DNA of 64,000 bases from a virus (lineage: Duplodnaviria; Caudoviricetes): IMG/VR virus record IMGVR_UViG_2645727757_000001, positions 64,001-128,000 of that record; one strand, given 5' to 3'. Of the stretch, positions 1 through 9,774 are shown piece by piece (positions within the stretch are counted from its first letter, which is position 1; every line of letters begins with the position of its first letter). The notes under the pieces were generated by a model. That model was not told the origin of the DNA, made no database searches, and worked only from the letters and a program-made list of their open reading frames with translations. Made by a program: the position numbers and the translations under genes.

Positions 1-260
1 TCGCCCTGCTCGAACCATAGGCCACCGCTGCGCCTTGTACGCCTTGCTTCATTTACGGTTGGGATGCAGTTTAATTTATCAGCTACATCCTGTTCTAACT
101 TTTTCCATGACTTTTCATCATTATTATCCTTAAAAGAATTCAGATTACGTTTTTTCATGCTTTTTAATTTCTTATCAATAGGTAACTTCAATAAGCTATT
201 ATCAAAGCATCTATAACATTTTTCTGAATTTAAACATGAGGAATAATATTCACAATCCAT
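1..260 (-). CDS. Partial (5' part) putative PD-(D/E)XK Holliday junction resolvase-like protein
   Basis: Not in ORF track; ATG at 260 overlaps the upstream stop; translates MDCEYYSSCLNSEKCYRCF...WKKLEQDVADKLN...ARRTRRSGGLWFEQG and runs off the window; the E..VA..L / RxxxSG pattern fits Hjc-type resolvases. Confidence 0.5.
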   Translation of the reverse strand, partial: MDCEYYSSCLNSEKCYRCFDNSLLKLPIDKKLKSMKKRNLNSFKDNNDEKSWKKLEQDVADKLNCIPTVNEARRTRRSGGLWFEQG

Positions 261-769
261 TAGCTTCTAATATTACCTTCCAATTTAAGCATAGCATTGT
301 CAGCTATAAGTGCTGTTTTCTTTTCGCTTAATAGCTTAACAACAGCATCTATAAATGTACACCTATTTTCGGCTAATAAAACTAATGTATATATATCATA
401 ATCCTGATCTTCATAAGGAGTATATCTTAGATAATTAGTAACATGGCATTTTATATCATCTGTAGTAACCTTCGCCATAGGAATAGGACCTAAAGCTTTT
501 TCTTTAAAATTCTTTTCTTTTATGTTTATATGCAACTCTTTTTCGGATAACATTAGCTTATTTTTAAGAATATTTAAATCCTTTTTTAAATAAGCCTGTT
601 CAATAATAGCCTCACCTAATATGGTGTCTATTTCACTAGTTAACCTCATAATAGTTCTTTCATCTGGTTGTGGTGGGATTAAGATTTTAGAACACTCCTT
701 TATATAGTATTCTTCTTTCTCTTCCCATTCTTCATTACTATAATTAGAATTAACATATAGCATACTCAT
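260..769 (-). CDS. Hypothetical helical/coiled-coil protein
   Basis: 169-aa ORF tightly coupled to both neighbours. Confidence 0.6.
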   Translation of the reverse strand: MSMLYVNSNYSNEEWEEKEEYYIKECSKILIPPQPDERTIMRLTSEIDTILGEAIIEQAYLKKDLNILKNKLMLSEKELHINIKEKNFKEKALGPIPMAKVTTDDIKCHVTNYLRYTPYEDQDYDIYTLVLLAENRCTFIDAVVKLLSEKKTALIADNAMLKLEGNIRS

Positions 770-1438
770 TTATTTACTACCTTCTTTCAGATCATTTATA
801 TAATTCTTAACTGATTTATATATACAATTAGATATATAATCAATATTTTGACAAGCATCTATTGTTATATATAATCTATTAGAATCGTCAAGCATAGGAA
901 TCATTTTATATGAGTTTCTAATTCTTGACATAAATTTAAAATTTGATTCAAAAGAATCTAAATCTTTTTTTCTTTTTACAACTTCCGTAGCTGGAAGATC
1001 CAAAATAAATGTCATATTTGGTTTTGGTAAATCTTTTTGAAGTTCCTTTATGAATCTGTAAGCTTCATCAAAATTTTCTTTACTAGCCATATAGTACGCT
1101 AAAGTAGACATTTCGTATCTATCTATTAATAGAACATCATAATTCTTAATAATGTTATCAAATTCTTTATTCAGCGTTATTTGCTTACTCTGAATTGTAT
1201 CATCCAAAAAGAATCTTAATTGATCTAAAATATATAGATGCTGAATGAAATTTTTATCGCCTAAATGTAGCTTTTCTTTAATTAATAAACCTTCTTTAGA
1301 ATCATAATTAGGAAAATGAATAGATTTTACTCTTATTCCATCAAGTTTTAATCTCATTTCAAGAGCTTTGATTTGAGATGATTTACCACTTGTATCAAGA
1401 CCTTCAAAAGATATTATAAGTAGACTATTTTTATCCAT
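770..1438 (-). CDS. tmk: Thymidylate kinase
   Basis: ISFEGLDTSGKSSQ P-loop, FPNY, LIDRY..S..AY, LPKP motifs. Confidence 0.9.
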   Translation of the reverse strand: MDKNSLLIISFEGLDTSGKSSQIKALEMRLKLDGIRVKSIHFPNYDSKEGLLIKEKLHLGDKNFIQHLYILDQLRFFLDDTIQSKQITLNKEFDNIIKNYDVLLIDRYEMSTLAYYMASKENFDEAYRFIKELQKDLPKPNMTFILDLPATEVVKRKKDLDSFESNFKFMSRIRNSYKMIPMLDDSNRLYITIDACQNIDYISNCIYKSVKNYINDLKEGSK

Positions 1439-1439
1439 G

Positions 1440-1958
1440 TTATTCCCCTTCTAGTAATTTTCTGTACTTACTTAATACCTCTTCGGAATTGTAATAATTT
1501 TTGTCTTCCTTAGAACGAGCAATATCATCTGAAATATCTAAAAAATATAGTACTTTGGGGATTGTCACATTATTTTTTTTGAATGATATAACTCTTTCTG
1601 GATTCAAAAGTTCTAATTCCTTTTTTAATATAATGTTATCAAGTATATTATTATCGGTTTTGGTGTGAAAAGTAACATAATAATCGCTTAGGTTTTTACC
1701 TAAAGAATTAATAACATTAGTAAAGAAATTTAATCTTTCAGAATCTTTTTCAGAATCAAAAATTATTACTATACTAGATAATACATTTCCATATCCTATT
1801 GTTATAATAGAATCTGTTTTTGTTCTAGCATATTCCCAAAGATCATATAAGCAGCAACTTCTATTATATAAAAGCCATGCAGTATTTTTATCTACTTCAT
1901 GCCTGTTTATATGCTTTTTGAAAATTTTATTTGCTTCTAAATTTTTGTTTCTATACAT
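1440..1958 (-). CDS. Degenerate uracil-DNA glycosylase (family 4)-like protein
   Basis: GYGNVLSSIVIIF, YYVTF..K and KELELLNPERVI resemble the UDG4 fold; catalytic GExPG and HP motifs not seen. Confidence 0.4.
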   Translation of the reverse strand: MYRNKNLEANKIFKKHINRHEVDKNTAWLLYNRSCCLYDLWEYARTKTDSIITIGYGNVLSSIVIIFDSEKDSERLNFFTNVINSLGKNLSDYYVTFHTKTDNNILDNIILKKELELLNPERVISFKKNNVTIPKVLYFLDISDDIARSKEDKNYYNSEEVLSKYRKLLEGE

Positions 1959-2020
1959 AATTAAATTATAAATAACCTTTCTTTAATGTATTATTTATAG
2001 ATTAATAGTATGTTTAAATA

Positions 2021-2503
2021 TTATAATTTATATGAATACTTACAGTTACACAGGTCAAACTGTGATTCTGGAGCATTATGTGCATTTAATACATTATATA
2101 ATTTACATTCTCTCCAGGATGTTTTACATCCATTGCAACGTATATCCATTATTTCCTCTGCAAAATCGCAGAATGTGTCATAATCCATATATACCTTACT
2201 TTCGGCTTCTATTCTTCTCTTTTCAAGTTGATTTAATTGATGAATGTCATAGATACATATTGTATTATTATCTATCTTATTATTTATTTTCTTCAATTCT
2301 TTTTGGTCAAGATTATCAAATACAGTTTGAATAACTTCATTTATTGAAATTTTCGCCTCACTAAGCTTAGTTATCGCATCATTAGTTAAAATTTTTCTTT
2401 TACCCCATTCATTTATAATTTCATGTAGGTTATTATTTAAAGCTGTAAGGAACATTATTTGCATAGATTCACTAGAATTTAAATAATTTTTTCTGTACTT
2501 CAT
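2021..2503 (-). CDS. Conserved clostridial phage protein with C-terminal Cys cluster (DUF5651-like)
   Basis: YLNSSE N-terminus; CNGC..C..C.Y C-terminal cluster. Confidence 0.5.
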   Translation of the reverse strand: MKYRKNYLNSSESMQIMFLTALNNNLHEIINEWGKRKILTNDAITKLSEAKISINEVIQTVFDNLDQKELKKINNKIDNNTICIYDIHQLNQLEKRRIEAESKVYMDYDTFCDFAEEIMDIRCNGCKTSWRECKLYNVLNAHNAPESQFDLCNCKYSYKL

Positions 2504-2577
2504 CTAAAAAACCACCTTTTTGCTATTTTTATTAATATTAGTATAATTTTACCATATTTATTTAGATAAGTAAAAGT

Positions 2578-2615
2578 AAAAAAAAGTTCTGATTTAAAAT
2601 TTTAAATCAGAACTT
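2578..2615 (-). terminator. Rho-independent terminator
   Basis: 15-bp inverted repeat aagttctgatttaaa/tttaaatcagaactt followed by a U-run on the minus strand. Confidence 0.8.
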
Positions 2616-2619
2616 ATTT

Positions 2620-3702
2620 TTATATTGCAACACCTTTTTCTCTTAACCTATATATTTTAGAATGTATATTAGAAGTACATCTATTTAAATTTTTTGCTAT
2701 TATAACTATATCAACTTTTTCTTTCAATGAACTAATAAGATACTCTTCTTCTTTTTCAGTCCACTTCGTTCTTTTCTTTTGTACTATAAAAGAAGTATCT
2801 AGACCTAGCTCCCTAGCTTTAGCAAGAATAGCTCTATCTGTTCTATCAAAATCATTAGAAAGTTGTAATAAAGTATATCTTCCACTATAAATTTTACTTC
2901 TTAATAGTAATTCTTCGTTTTTAGTCCAGTTAAGCTTCTCTCTTGATTTAACAGGTTTTTCAAAGTCAATACGTCTTTTTTCCTTAACCCAATCTGGCTC
3001 TTCTCCTAAAGAAAACTCTTTAAATCTAGCAAAATTAAAAAAATTTTTATTTTTTTCGGCCCATACCCAAAATTTATTTAATTTAACATAATAAAAATTT
3101 TTACGTTTTGATTTTCTTGTTACAATAGGAAAACCATTTTTGACTAGTCTATTGAAAAGACCTCTTCCGTATTTTCCATTATACCCTAATGCTATTAATA
3201 GCTCTTTTAATCTTAATTCTTCTCTTGCTTCTGTAAAAGAACCTAAGCCAAGTTTTATGGCTTTGCTTCTAACTGATAATTCTGTTCTACCTAATTTTCT
3301 GCATATAGTCAAAACAGAAGTAGCACCCCATTTTGCTTCTAAATATTCTACCTCTTCATTTGTCCACATATTCTTTGCAGACATATAGTTTAACCCAAGT
3401 CTATTGGCTTTGTTTCTTATAGCTATATCAGTTCTATCTAGTTCTTCCGCTATATCTAAAGTTGGCATCTTTTCGCAATTTTTACGCAAGTATTCAACTT
3501 CTTCATCAGTCCAAGGTCTACTTATTAATGAACAGTTTAAATTAAGCAAAAAAGCTTTTCTTCTTATTGCTTCTGGGGTTCTATTTAATTTTTTAGCAAT
3601 TTTACCTACAGATACTAACCCACAATTATCTTGTAAATATTTAATCTCTTCATCAGTCCAGAATCTTCTTTTATTATTTTTCTCACAATACCCTTTAACC
3701 AT
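2620..3702 (-). CDS. Myb/SANT-like HTH repeat DNA-binding protein
   Basis: Five repeats of WTxEExxxL...L.RT..AI..KA..LGL. Confidence 0.7.
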   Translation of the reverse strand: MVKGYCEKNNKRRFWTDEEIKYLQDNCGLVSVGKIAKKLNRTPEAIRRKAFLLNLNCSLISRPWTDEEVEYLRKNCEKMPTLDIAEELDRTDIAIRNKANRLGLNYMSAKNMWTNEEVEYLEAKWGATSVLTICRKLGRTELSVRSKAIKLGLGSFTEAREELRLKELLIALGYNGKYGRGLFNRLVKNGFPIVTRKSKRKNFYYVKLNKFWVWAEKNKNFFNFARFKEFSLGEEPDWVKEKRRIDFEKPVKSREKLNWTKNEELLLRSKIYSGRYTLLQLSNDFDRTDRAILAKARELGLDTSFIVQKKRTKWTEKEEEYLISSLKEKVDIVIIAKNLNRCTSNIHSKIYRLREKGVAI

Positions 3703-3713
3703 TTAAGATAAAA

Positions 3714-3992
3714 TTATTTGTTTACTTTTTCTTTAAATGATTTTCCTGGTTTAAAGAATGGAGTATTACAAGCTTCTATTTTTATCACTTCTTTAGTTCT
3801 AGGATTTCTACCTTCTCTTGCAGCTCTTTCTCTAACGCCAAATGATCCAAACCCTATTAAGTTTACAGTTTCGCCTTGCTCTAAAGCTTTTTCTATAGAA
3901 TCAGTAAATATTTTTATAATATTTTCAGCTTCCTTTTTAGTAATCTCTTTATTGTTTTCTGTTATAAAATCTACAAATTGTCCTTTATTCAT
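3714..3992 (-). CDS. hup: HU-family histone-like DNA-binding protein
   Basis: MNKGQF...GFGSF.VRERAAREGRNPRT.E.I.I....P.FKPGK. Confidence 0.95.
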   Translation of the reverse strand: MNKGQFVDFITENNKEITKKEAENIIKIFTDSIEKALEQGETVNLIGFGSFGVRERAAREGRNPRTKEVIKIEACNTPFFKPGKSFKEKVNK

Positions 3993-4045
3993 TTAAAACA
4001 CACCTTTCAATATAGTATAAACCCTGATATATAGGGCTTAATGCT

Positions 4046-4075
4046 ATTTTAGGATATATTATATAAAGGTGTCAA
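4046..4075 (-). promoter_or_regulatory. SigA-type promoter upstream of HU
   Basis: Minus strand TTGACA-18 nt-TAAAAT. Confidence 0.55.
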
Positions 4076-4119
4076 TAATTTTATTACATTTTTAAACATA
4101 ATTGTTTTTTTATGATAAT

Positions 4120-4326
4120 TTAATTTTTTCTTTTCTTAATTAAATCATAACTTGAATCAGTTTTATTTATTTTTATAGTTACATTCATATAATTATCATC
4201 ACTATTATCTGTTGCAAGTGAAGAAACTACTAAATCAAGATATTCATTTAGTTCCTTCTCTGTTCTGCCTTTATATCCTGTAATTGTTATTTTATATTCG
4301 TTTGTTACTATTGTTTGTTTATTCAT
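4120..4326 (-). CDS. Hypothetical protein
   Basis: 68 aa, AAGGAG RBS. Confidence 0.6.
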   Translation of the reverse strand: MNKQTIVTNEYKITITGYKGRTEKELNEYLDLVVSSLATDNSDDNYMNVTIKINKTDSSYDLIKKRKN

Positions 4327-4394
4327 TATTTTAACTCCTTATAAATTATTGATATGTATAAAACCCAGGATAATAGTTCCCCTGGGTTATTTAA

Positions 4395-4697
4395 TTATTT
4401 ATACTCACATGAAAAAGCAACTGCTAATGTTTTTTCGTCTATACTAATAACACCATATTCTTTATATCTATAAGCATAATAAGTTTCTATTAATTGATCC
4501 ATAACACATTCAACTTTGCTTTTAAATGTAATATTTGAATTTTTAACTTTATCAATCCAGTATTCAGTATTTGATTTGTAATTTTTATCAATAAGATAGT
4601 CTTCTCCATTTTCTCCACTAGCATCAGCATCAAATGAAGCTATATAATCTATCATATCTTTTTCCCAAGTATCTAAATTTATTATTTTCATTTCCAT
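4395..4697 (-). CDS. Hypothetical protein
   Basis: 100-aa acidic ORF in co-oriented run. Confidence 0.6.
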   Translation of the reverse strand: MEMKIINLDTWEKDMIDYIASFDADASGENGEDYLIDKNYKSNTEYWIDKVKNSNITFKSKVECVMDQLIETYYAYRYKEYGVISIDEKTLAVAFSCEYK

Positions 4698-4733
4698 TTT
4701 ATCAACGCCACACTTTCTTCCATATAATACTAA

Positions 4734-5585
4734 TTATATATTAGATACATTCTCTAGTATATAGTCACAAGCTTTTTGAGATTGTTGAGCTGCTGAAACT
4801 ATTACGTTTCCACCTTCTTTTTTGATATAGGAATACCATCCTTTTAGGTAGCTAATAGAGTTATTGTCGCAATTAGAATCATTAACATTTAAATATGCTC
4901 TAAGAATACAACTTCCTATTTCAGCAACCAATTCTTCTTTACTATATTCAGTATCTCCAAATCTAGTTCCTTTAGTTAATCTATCTAGCCTATCTTTATG
5001 ACCTGTTGAATGTACCATTTCGTGAAAAGCTGTTGCATAAAATCCATTCAAAGAATTAAATTCTCCTTTTGTTGGTAAAGTAATACTATCACTTGTTGGA
5101 GAATAAAAAGCTCTATTTACTCCTTCCCTATACAGAATAGGACAAATTGAACTATATTTATCAATTACATTATTTGCTTCTAATATTTCATCTTCTTCAA
5201 ATTCATTTATATCTACATCAAAGTCAATACCTTCAATATCTGATTGATGAAATACTTTATAATATCTAAATATAGGAACAGTCTTTACTTCATCTGGATT
5301 TTCTTCATCTTCAACTTCGTTGAACTTCCAGAAAAAAACAGGAAATCCTTTTGATCCTTTTCTTATTTTACCTTTCTTATCCTTAATTTGATTGAAAGTC
5401 ATATAATAGCCACCGAAAGGTAGTGTAACTAAATTAATTCCATTATATCTTTTTTTAGATACAAAGTTATAAGGGAAAGTCATTCCATTCCAAGGCTTAA
5501 CCCATTGGAAAGGCTCGTTATTTTTAATAGCTTCATTTAATTTATCAAGTATTGTACTTTTAACTATATCAAATACTTTGTTCAT
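4734..5585 (-). CDS. ardC: ArdC-family antirestriction/ssDNA-binding protein (DUF1738 + zincin-like domain)
   Basis: WVKPW, RYNGIN, YMTFNQ, AFYSP..D.I.LP, FHEMVHSTGH..RL.R, YSKEELVAEIGS. Confidence 0.9.
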   Translation of the reverse strand: MNKVFDIVKSTILDKLNEAIKNNEPFQWVKPWNGMTFPYNFVSKKRYNGINLVTLPFGGYYMTFNQIKDKKGKIRKGSKGFPVFFWKFNEVEDEENPDEVKTVPIFRYYKVFHQSDIEGIDFDVDINEFEEDEILEANNVIDKYSSICPILYREGVNRAFYSPTSDSITLPTKGEFNSLNGFYATAFHEMVHSTGHKDRLDRLTKGTRFGDTEYSKEELVAEIGSCILRAYLNVNDSNCDNNSISYLKGWYSYIKKEGGNVIVSAAQQSQKACDYILENVSNI

Positions 5586-5607
5586 TACACGTTCCTCCTT
5601 AGTAAAT

Positions 5608-5640
5608 AAAAAAGGAATATGCAGTTTTGCATATTCCTTT
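5608..5640 (-). terminator. Rho-independent terminator
   Basis: aaaggaatatgca/tgcatattccttt stem with U-run. Confidence 0.75.
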
Positions 5641-5660
5641 AATATATATTTTAATTATTA

Positions 5661-6416
5661 TTATTCTATAATCTTGTCAACTACTTCAAAATATTCAGTT
5701 GAATCTATTCCAAAAGGAGATTCACTTAATTCATAATCATTTATATCACCATTTATAAAAGAATTTATTTCTTTTTCAGTACTTATTATAATTTGATTTC
5801 TATAAATTAAGGTTCTTTCTCCTTCATAAATTGGATATTTTTCTGTAATCTCATTTGTTCCAATTTTATATTTTATAAGTGTTTTTACCTGTTTAGGTCC
5901 TAATGCTGCTTTAGGTTTTTCCAAGATAGTGATACAATCTAATTTATATTGCTTAATTTCCTTCTCCACGATAGATTTAGGTATATTACTTAGTTTTAGT
6001 TCTATTCCTTCAATATCTCCTATTCGTGGATTTGCTCTTGAACCACCTCTACTTTCAAAGTTTCCATTAGTTACTATACAATTGTTAACCATTTTAACAT
6101 TACTATCTCTTGCTGGTCTTCTAACAACACTTACATTAAATATATCTATCTCGTCATCAATTCCATTTGGGTATTTTGCTTCAACATATTTTTTCAAATC
6201 AATCAGCATATCTACCCTTTCAATTTCATTAGTTCCATCTTCACCGAAAATATCTCTTAATGCTTTTAAAACATATTCTTTATTTTCAAGTTTAAATTTC
6301 CACTCACTTCCAGTCCAATTACCGTTAAGACTTCTTGCTTTTTTTATAAAAGGATAGGAATAATCAGTTAATGTATATAAATATCCATTTTCTTCTCTAG
6401 TTTTTACCATTTCCAA
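5661..6416 (-). CDS. Hypothetical phage protein
   Basis: 251 aa, TTG start with GAGGAGG RBS. Confidence 0.65.
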   Translation of the reverse strand: MEMVKTREENGYLYTLTDYSYPFIKKARSLNGNWTGSEWKFKLENKEYVLKALRDIFGEDGTNEIERVDMLIDLKKYVEAKYPNGIDDEIDIFNVSVVRRPARDSNVKMVNNCIVTNGNFESRGGSRANPRIGDIEGIELKLSNIPKSIVEKEIKQYKLDCITILEKPKAALGPKQVKTLIKYKIGTNEITEKYPIYEGERTLIYRNQIIISTEKEINSFINGDINDYELSESPFGIDSTEYFEVVDKIIE

Positions 6417-6468
6417 AAACCTCCTCTTACCTCCACATCTAATATAAAGTTTGAAATAGGCATTAAAC

Positions 6469-7701
6469 CTATTTCAAACCTATTCTTTTTAATAAATAAT
6501 CTTTATAGACTAATTTATCATTTTTATTAGAGATATTTGAAAATATCTCTTCCATTTCATTTAATATAATAGTTTGTTGGTTAACTATTAATTTATTTAA
6601 ATATTTAACCTTATCATCTATTACATCAATCATAGCAATAGAGCTATTTACTGAAATATAGTTTCTAACTTTAATAGTGTCAAAGTTTAATTCATTACAT
6701 ATATCAGCAGGATCATCACCACACTTTTCAGCTTTTACAAATTTAACGTTAAAACCTTTTGATAGCAGCATAGGTAATATTCTAAGCATATTTCCTATAC
6801 CAGCTTTATCTCCATCTAAAAAGAAGAAGAGGTTCTTAGTTAATTTAATTAGTAAGTCAGCTTGTTTTTCAGTAAATGCTGTTCCACATATACCAACAGT
6901 ATTAGTTAAACCAGCTTCATGTAATGAAAGAACATCAAAATATCCTTCAACTACGATTGCAGAATCTACTTTCTTTATAGAATCTCTAGCTTGGTTGTAT
7001 CCAAATAAAAGACTTCCTTTATTAAATACACCATATAATTCGCTATTAGAATCACTATGGTTTGCATCATTGATGTATTTAGGTTCTATACCATCTTTAA
7101 TGCCTCTATAAGCCATTCCTAAGCATCTTGATGTATTATCACTACCTATCTCTAAGAATGGGAATGATATTCTTCCTTTTATGCAATTTAGGAATTTTGG
7201 ATTAGTATTCGCAGTAATAGAATTTTTAGGTACATATCCTAATCTAAACTTCTTTATAGTTTCTTCTGATATACCTCTTGAAGTTATATAGTTTAAAGCT
7301 TCCTCATTATTGAGTAACTTTTTCTCATAAAGTAAACAAGTACTATTTTTTTTATTTTTAAAATCCTCATGCTTATGATTAACATTAATCTCAAAATTAA
7401 TATTTTCATTAGCTGCTATCTTCTTACAGGCTTCCTTAAAATCAACTTTTTCATATTTCATTACAAAGTCAATTAAACTTCCACCTTCATTGCAACTATA
7501 GCAATGAAATCTATTTGAATCACTATATAAATTAAATGAACCATTAGTTTCATTTACAAGAGGACAAAGAGCGGTTTCTCTTTTTCCAGCATGATGTAGT
7601 TTTATTTCAGGATAATTTCTTTTAAAATATTCTATTATGCTAACATCTCTTGTTATAACCTCTGCTAATTCCTTATAATTATTAATACACACGTTGATCA
7701 C
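6469..7701 (-). CDS. dnaG: DNA primase DnaG (CHC2 zinc finger + TOPRIM)
   Basis: LCP...FHCYSC..GG, FRLGY, RISFP, PKYIN, VVEGYFDV, LDGDKAG, DPAD. Confidence 0.95.
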   Translation of the reverse strand: MINVCINNYKELAEVITRDVSIIEYFKRNYPEIKLHHAGKRETALCPLVNETNGSFNLYSDSNRFHCYSCNEGGSLIDFVMKYEKVDFKEACKKIAANENINFEINVNHKHEDFKNKKNSTCLLYEKKLLNNEEALNYITSRGISEETIKKFRLGYVPKNSITANTNPKFLNCIKGRISFPFLEIGSDNTSRCLGMAYRGIKDGIEPKYINDANHSDSNSELYGVFNKGSLLFGYNQARDSIKKVDSAIVVEGYFDVLSLHEAGLTNTVGICGTAFTEKQADLLIKLTKNLFFFLDGDKAGIGNMLRILPMLLSKGFNVKFVKAEKCGDDPADICNELNFDTIKVRNYISVNSSIAMIDVIDDKVKYLNKLIVNQQTIILNEMEEIFSNISNKNDKLVYKDYLLKRIGLK

Positions 7702-7763
7702 CTCTTCTTCTGTAGTTAATAATAAAAGCCTATAGAATAGCTCTACAGGCTTTTAAATAGCTT

Positions 7764-8174
7764 CTAATTAAGTTTGCTGACTTCTACCCAGTCAGCATAG
7801 ATCCAAACATCGTCAATACATTTATTTGTTATATTTAAATCTTCATCTAAAATTTCCAAATAAGATGCTAACATACTATTCATTTGATTATCGAATAATC
7901 TTGAATCTAATAGATATTCATTCTTTTCCTGATCTTTGTATAATATAATATCTAATATATTTTTATTGTCCGTGATACATCTAATAGAATTTGTATCTCT
8001 TTTATCTGCTAAATTAAAATATTCAGTATTATTTAAATTAAAAGTATTATTTATATTTTCTTGAATATCTTCTTTACTTAATATATTGCTTAGTAAACTC
8101 ATTTTATCATCATCCTTTATAAAATAAATATTTAACTTATTTTGCAATATAGTATTCTGTAGAACACTTATCAC
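7764..8174 (-). CDS. Hypothetical protein
   Basis: 136 aa; true start may be a downstream ATG. Confidence 0.5.
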   Translation of the reverse strand: MISVLQNTILQNKLNIYFIKDDDKMSLLSNILSKEDIQENINNTFNLNNTEYFNLADKRDTNSIRCITDNKNILDIILYKDQEKNEYLLDSRLFDNQMNSMLASYLEILDEDLNITNKCIDDVWIYADWVEVSKLN

Positions 8175-8889
8175 ATTTTACTTTTTCATTGATATTTTTA
8201 ATATCGCCATTGTCATTTGAACATACAGGACAAATATTCTTATTAACTATATCAGAATATTTATCATTCCACTTATCCATAGTATTTGTATTTCCGCAAT
8301 TTATACAATAACCTTCTCTTTCTGGACTTGCTTCATATTTAATATATTCTGATAATATTAATTGAGATAATTCAATAGGACTTATTTTAGAAATATCTTT
8401 GTTATTTTTAAAATTAGCTGTGCTAATAAGCAAATGTAAATTTGGTTCTCTTTCATCATAATCTCTAATAATGAAATTATCTTCCACTTTAACTGAACAC
8501 CATTGTCCGCAATCAGGACAAGCAAATACAACACTTTCCCCGTATTTTGGTGTATCATCCTCTTCTTCTTCTATAACTTTACTATTAGAAGAATCATATC
8601 TAGCTAATATTTCATCATCAGAAGTTTTAGGAATACCATCATTACTATCTGTAACACAAATCTCTTCTGTATCAGATTTAGTTGGTATAATTTCATAAGG
8701 TAGATTTTTAGCTTTTTTATCATCTTTAGTAATTATATTGTCTTCTGCTTTACTTATTATTTTATTAGCAAAAGATATTAGTTTATCAACTGAATTATCG
8801 TTGCAGCTGATTTCTACATCTATATTACCTAATTTTTTATTTAAACTAATCTTTAGATAATTATTCATATCTGACTTTGCTTTCTCCAT
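8137..8889 (-). CDS. Zinc-ribbon-containing hypothetical protein
   Basis: CPDC, CINC, CPVC and CDKC pairs. Confidence 0.6.
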   Translation of the reverse strand: MEKAKSDMNNYLKISLNKKLGNIDVEISCNDNSVDKLISFANKIISKAEDNIITKDDKKAKNLPYEIIPTKSDTEEICVTDSNDGIPKTSDDEILARYDSSNSKVIEEEEDDTPKYGESVVFACPDCGQWCSVKVEDNFIIRDYDEREPNLHLLISTANFKNNKDISKISPIELSQLILSEYIKYEASPEREGYCINCGNTNTMDKWNDKYSDIVNKNICPVCSNDNGDIKNINEKVKCDKCSTEYYIAK

Positions 8890-9508
8890 CTACATCACCC
8901 TTTTCAATTATTATGCTGTTATCTGCAACAGCTTTTAAACTCTCTGAATGAGTTATTAGTATTGTTTGCTTATTAAACAATGAACATAATTTTTGAATAA
9001 ATTCAGCATATTTAACACTTGCATATTCTGAAATCATTGATCCAGGTTCATCAAGTAAAATCGCATTATTTATACGAGGATGATTGAAAGCTTTAAGATA
9101 TGCAAACCTAAGAGCTGTAGATATTACATTAATATATCCACCACCACAATCTTCCTCTGGAATCTGTTTAGATTCTATTCCGTCAATTGTAGTTACAACA
9201 TAAAATTCAGCAGATGGAACACCTCTTTGGTTATCAAGTTCAATAACAAATTTGCTATCATTACCGTAAACTTGATTTAAAGCCATTGTAACAATATTCT
9301 CTAAATGACATTTAGCTTTTTCTCTAGCTAGTGAAGATGCTTTATTTAATAATTCTTGTGTTTTTAATAACACTTGATAATTATTAGATATTTCATCATA
9401 TTTTAAAGAATATGACTTCATAGTTTCATAGATTTTCTTTTCACTAGATTCTTTTACTAGAATCTCATTTCTAAGTTCATCTATTATATTGTCTAGCATA
9501 TCACTCAC
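8861..9508 (-). CDS. SbcC/Rad50 C-terminal ABC-ATPase half
   Basis: Coiled coil, variant signature CGGG, Walker B ILLDEP, H-loop LITH. Confidence 0.8.
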   Translation of the reverse strand: MSDMLDNIIDELRNEILVKESSEKKIYETMKSYSLKYDEISNNYQVLLKTQELLNKASSLAREKAKCHLENIVTMALNQVYGNDSKFVIELDNQRGVPSAEFYVVTTIDGIESKQIPEEDCGGGYINVISTALRFAYLKAFNHPRINNAILLDEPGSMISEYASVKYAEFIQKLCSLFNKQTILITHSESLKAVADNSIIIEKGDVDGESKVRYE

Positions 9509-9510
9509 TC

Positions 9511-9774
9511 CTAGTCATTTTTATTTGAAAGTATTGTATCTATTTGCTCCATAAGAACATTAAGGTTATTTTCCAAGTCTAATATAGTATTATTTAGCTC
9601 ACTTGGTTCAAAACCTTCTGCTTTTATTTCATTAATTAATTCATCACGCCTGGTTTGTAAGCTTTTTATATTTGTTTCTATAACAAGCTTTTTCTTTTCA
9701 AGATCACTATAAGCTTCCTCATAATTTTTAAGCTTATCTTTATATTCTTTTAATTTTGTTACATTGTTTTCCAT
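9511..9774 (-). CDS. Short coiled-coil protein of the split SbcCD locus
   Basis: 87-aa heptad-rich ORF between the two SbcC halves. Confidence 0.6.
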   Translation of the reverse strand: MENNVTKLKEYKDKLKNYEEAYSDLEKKKLVIETNIKSLQTRRDELINEIKAEGFEPSELNNTILDLENNLNVLMEQIDTILSNKND

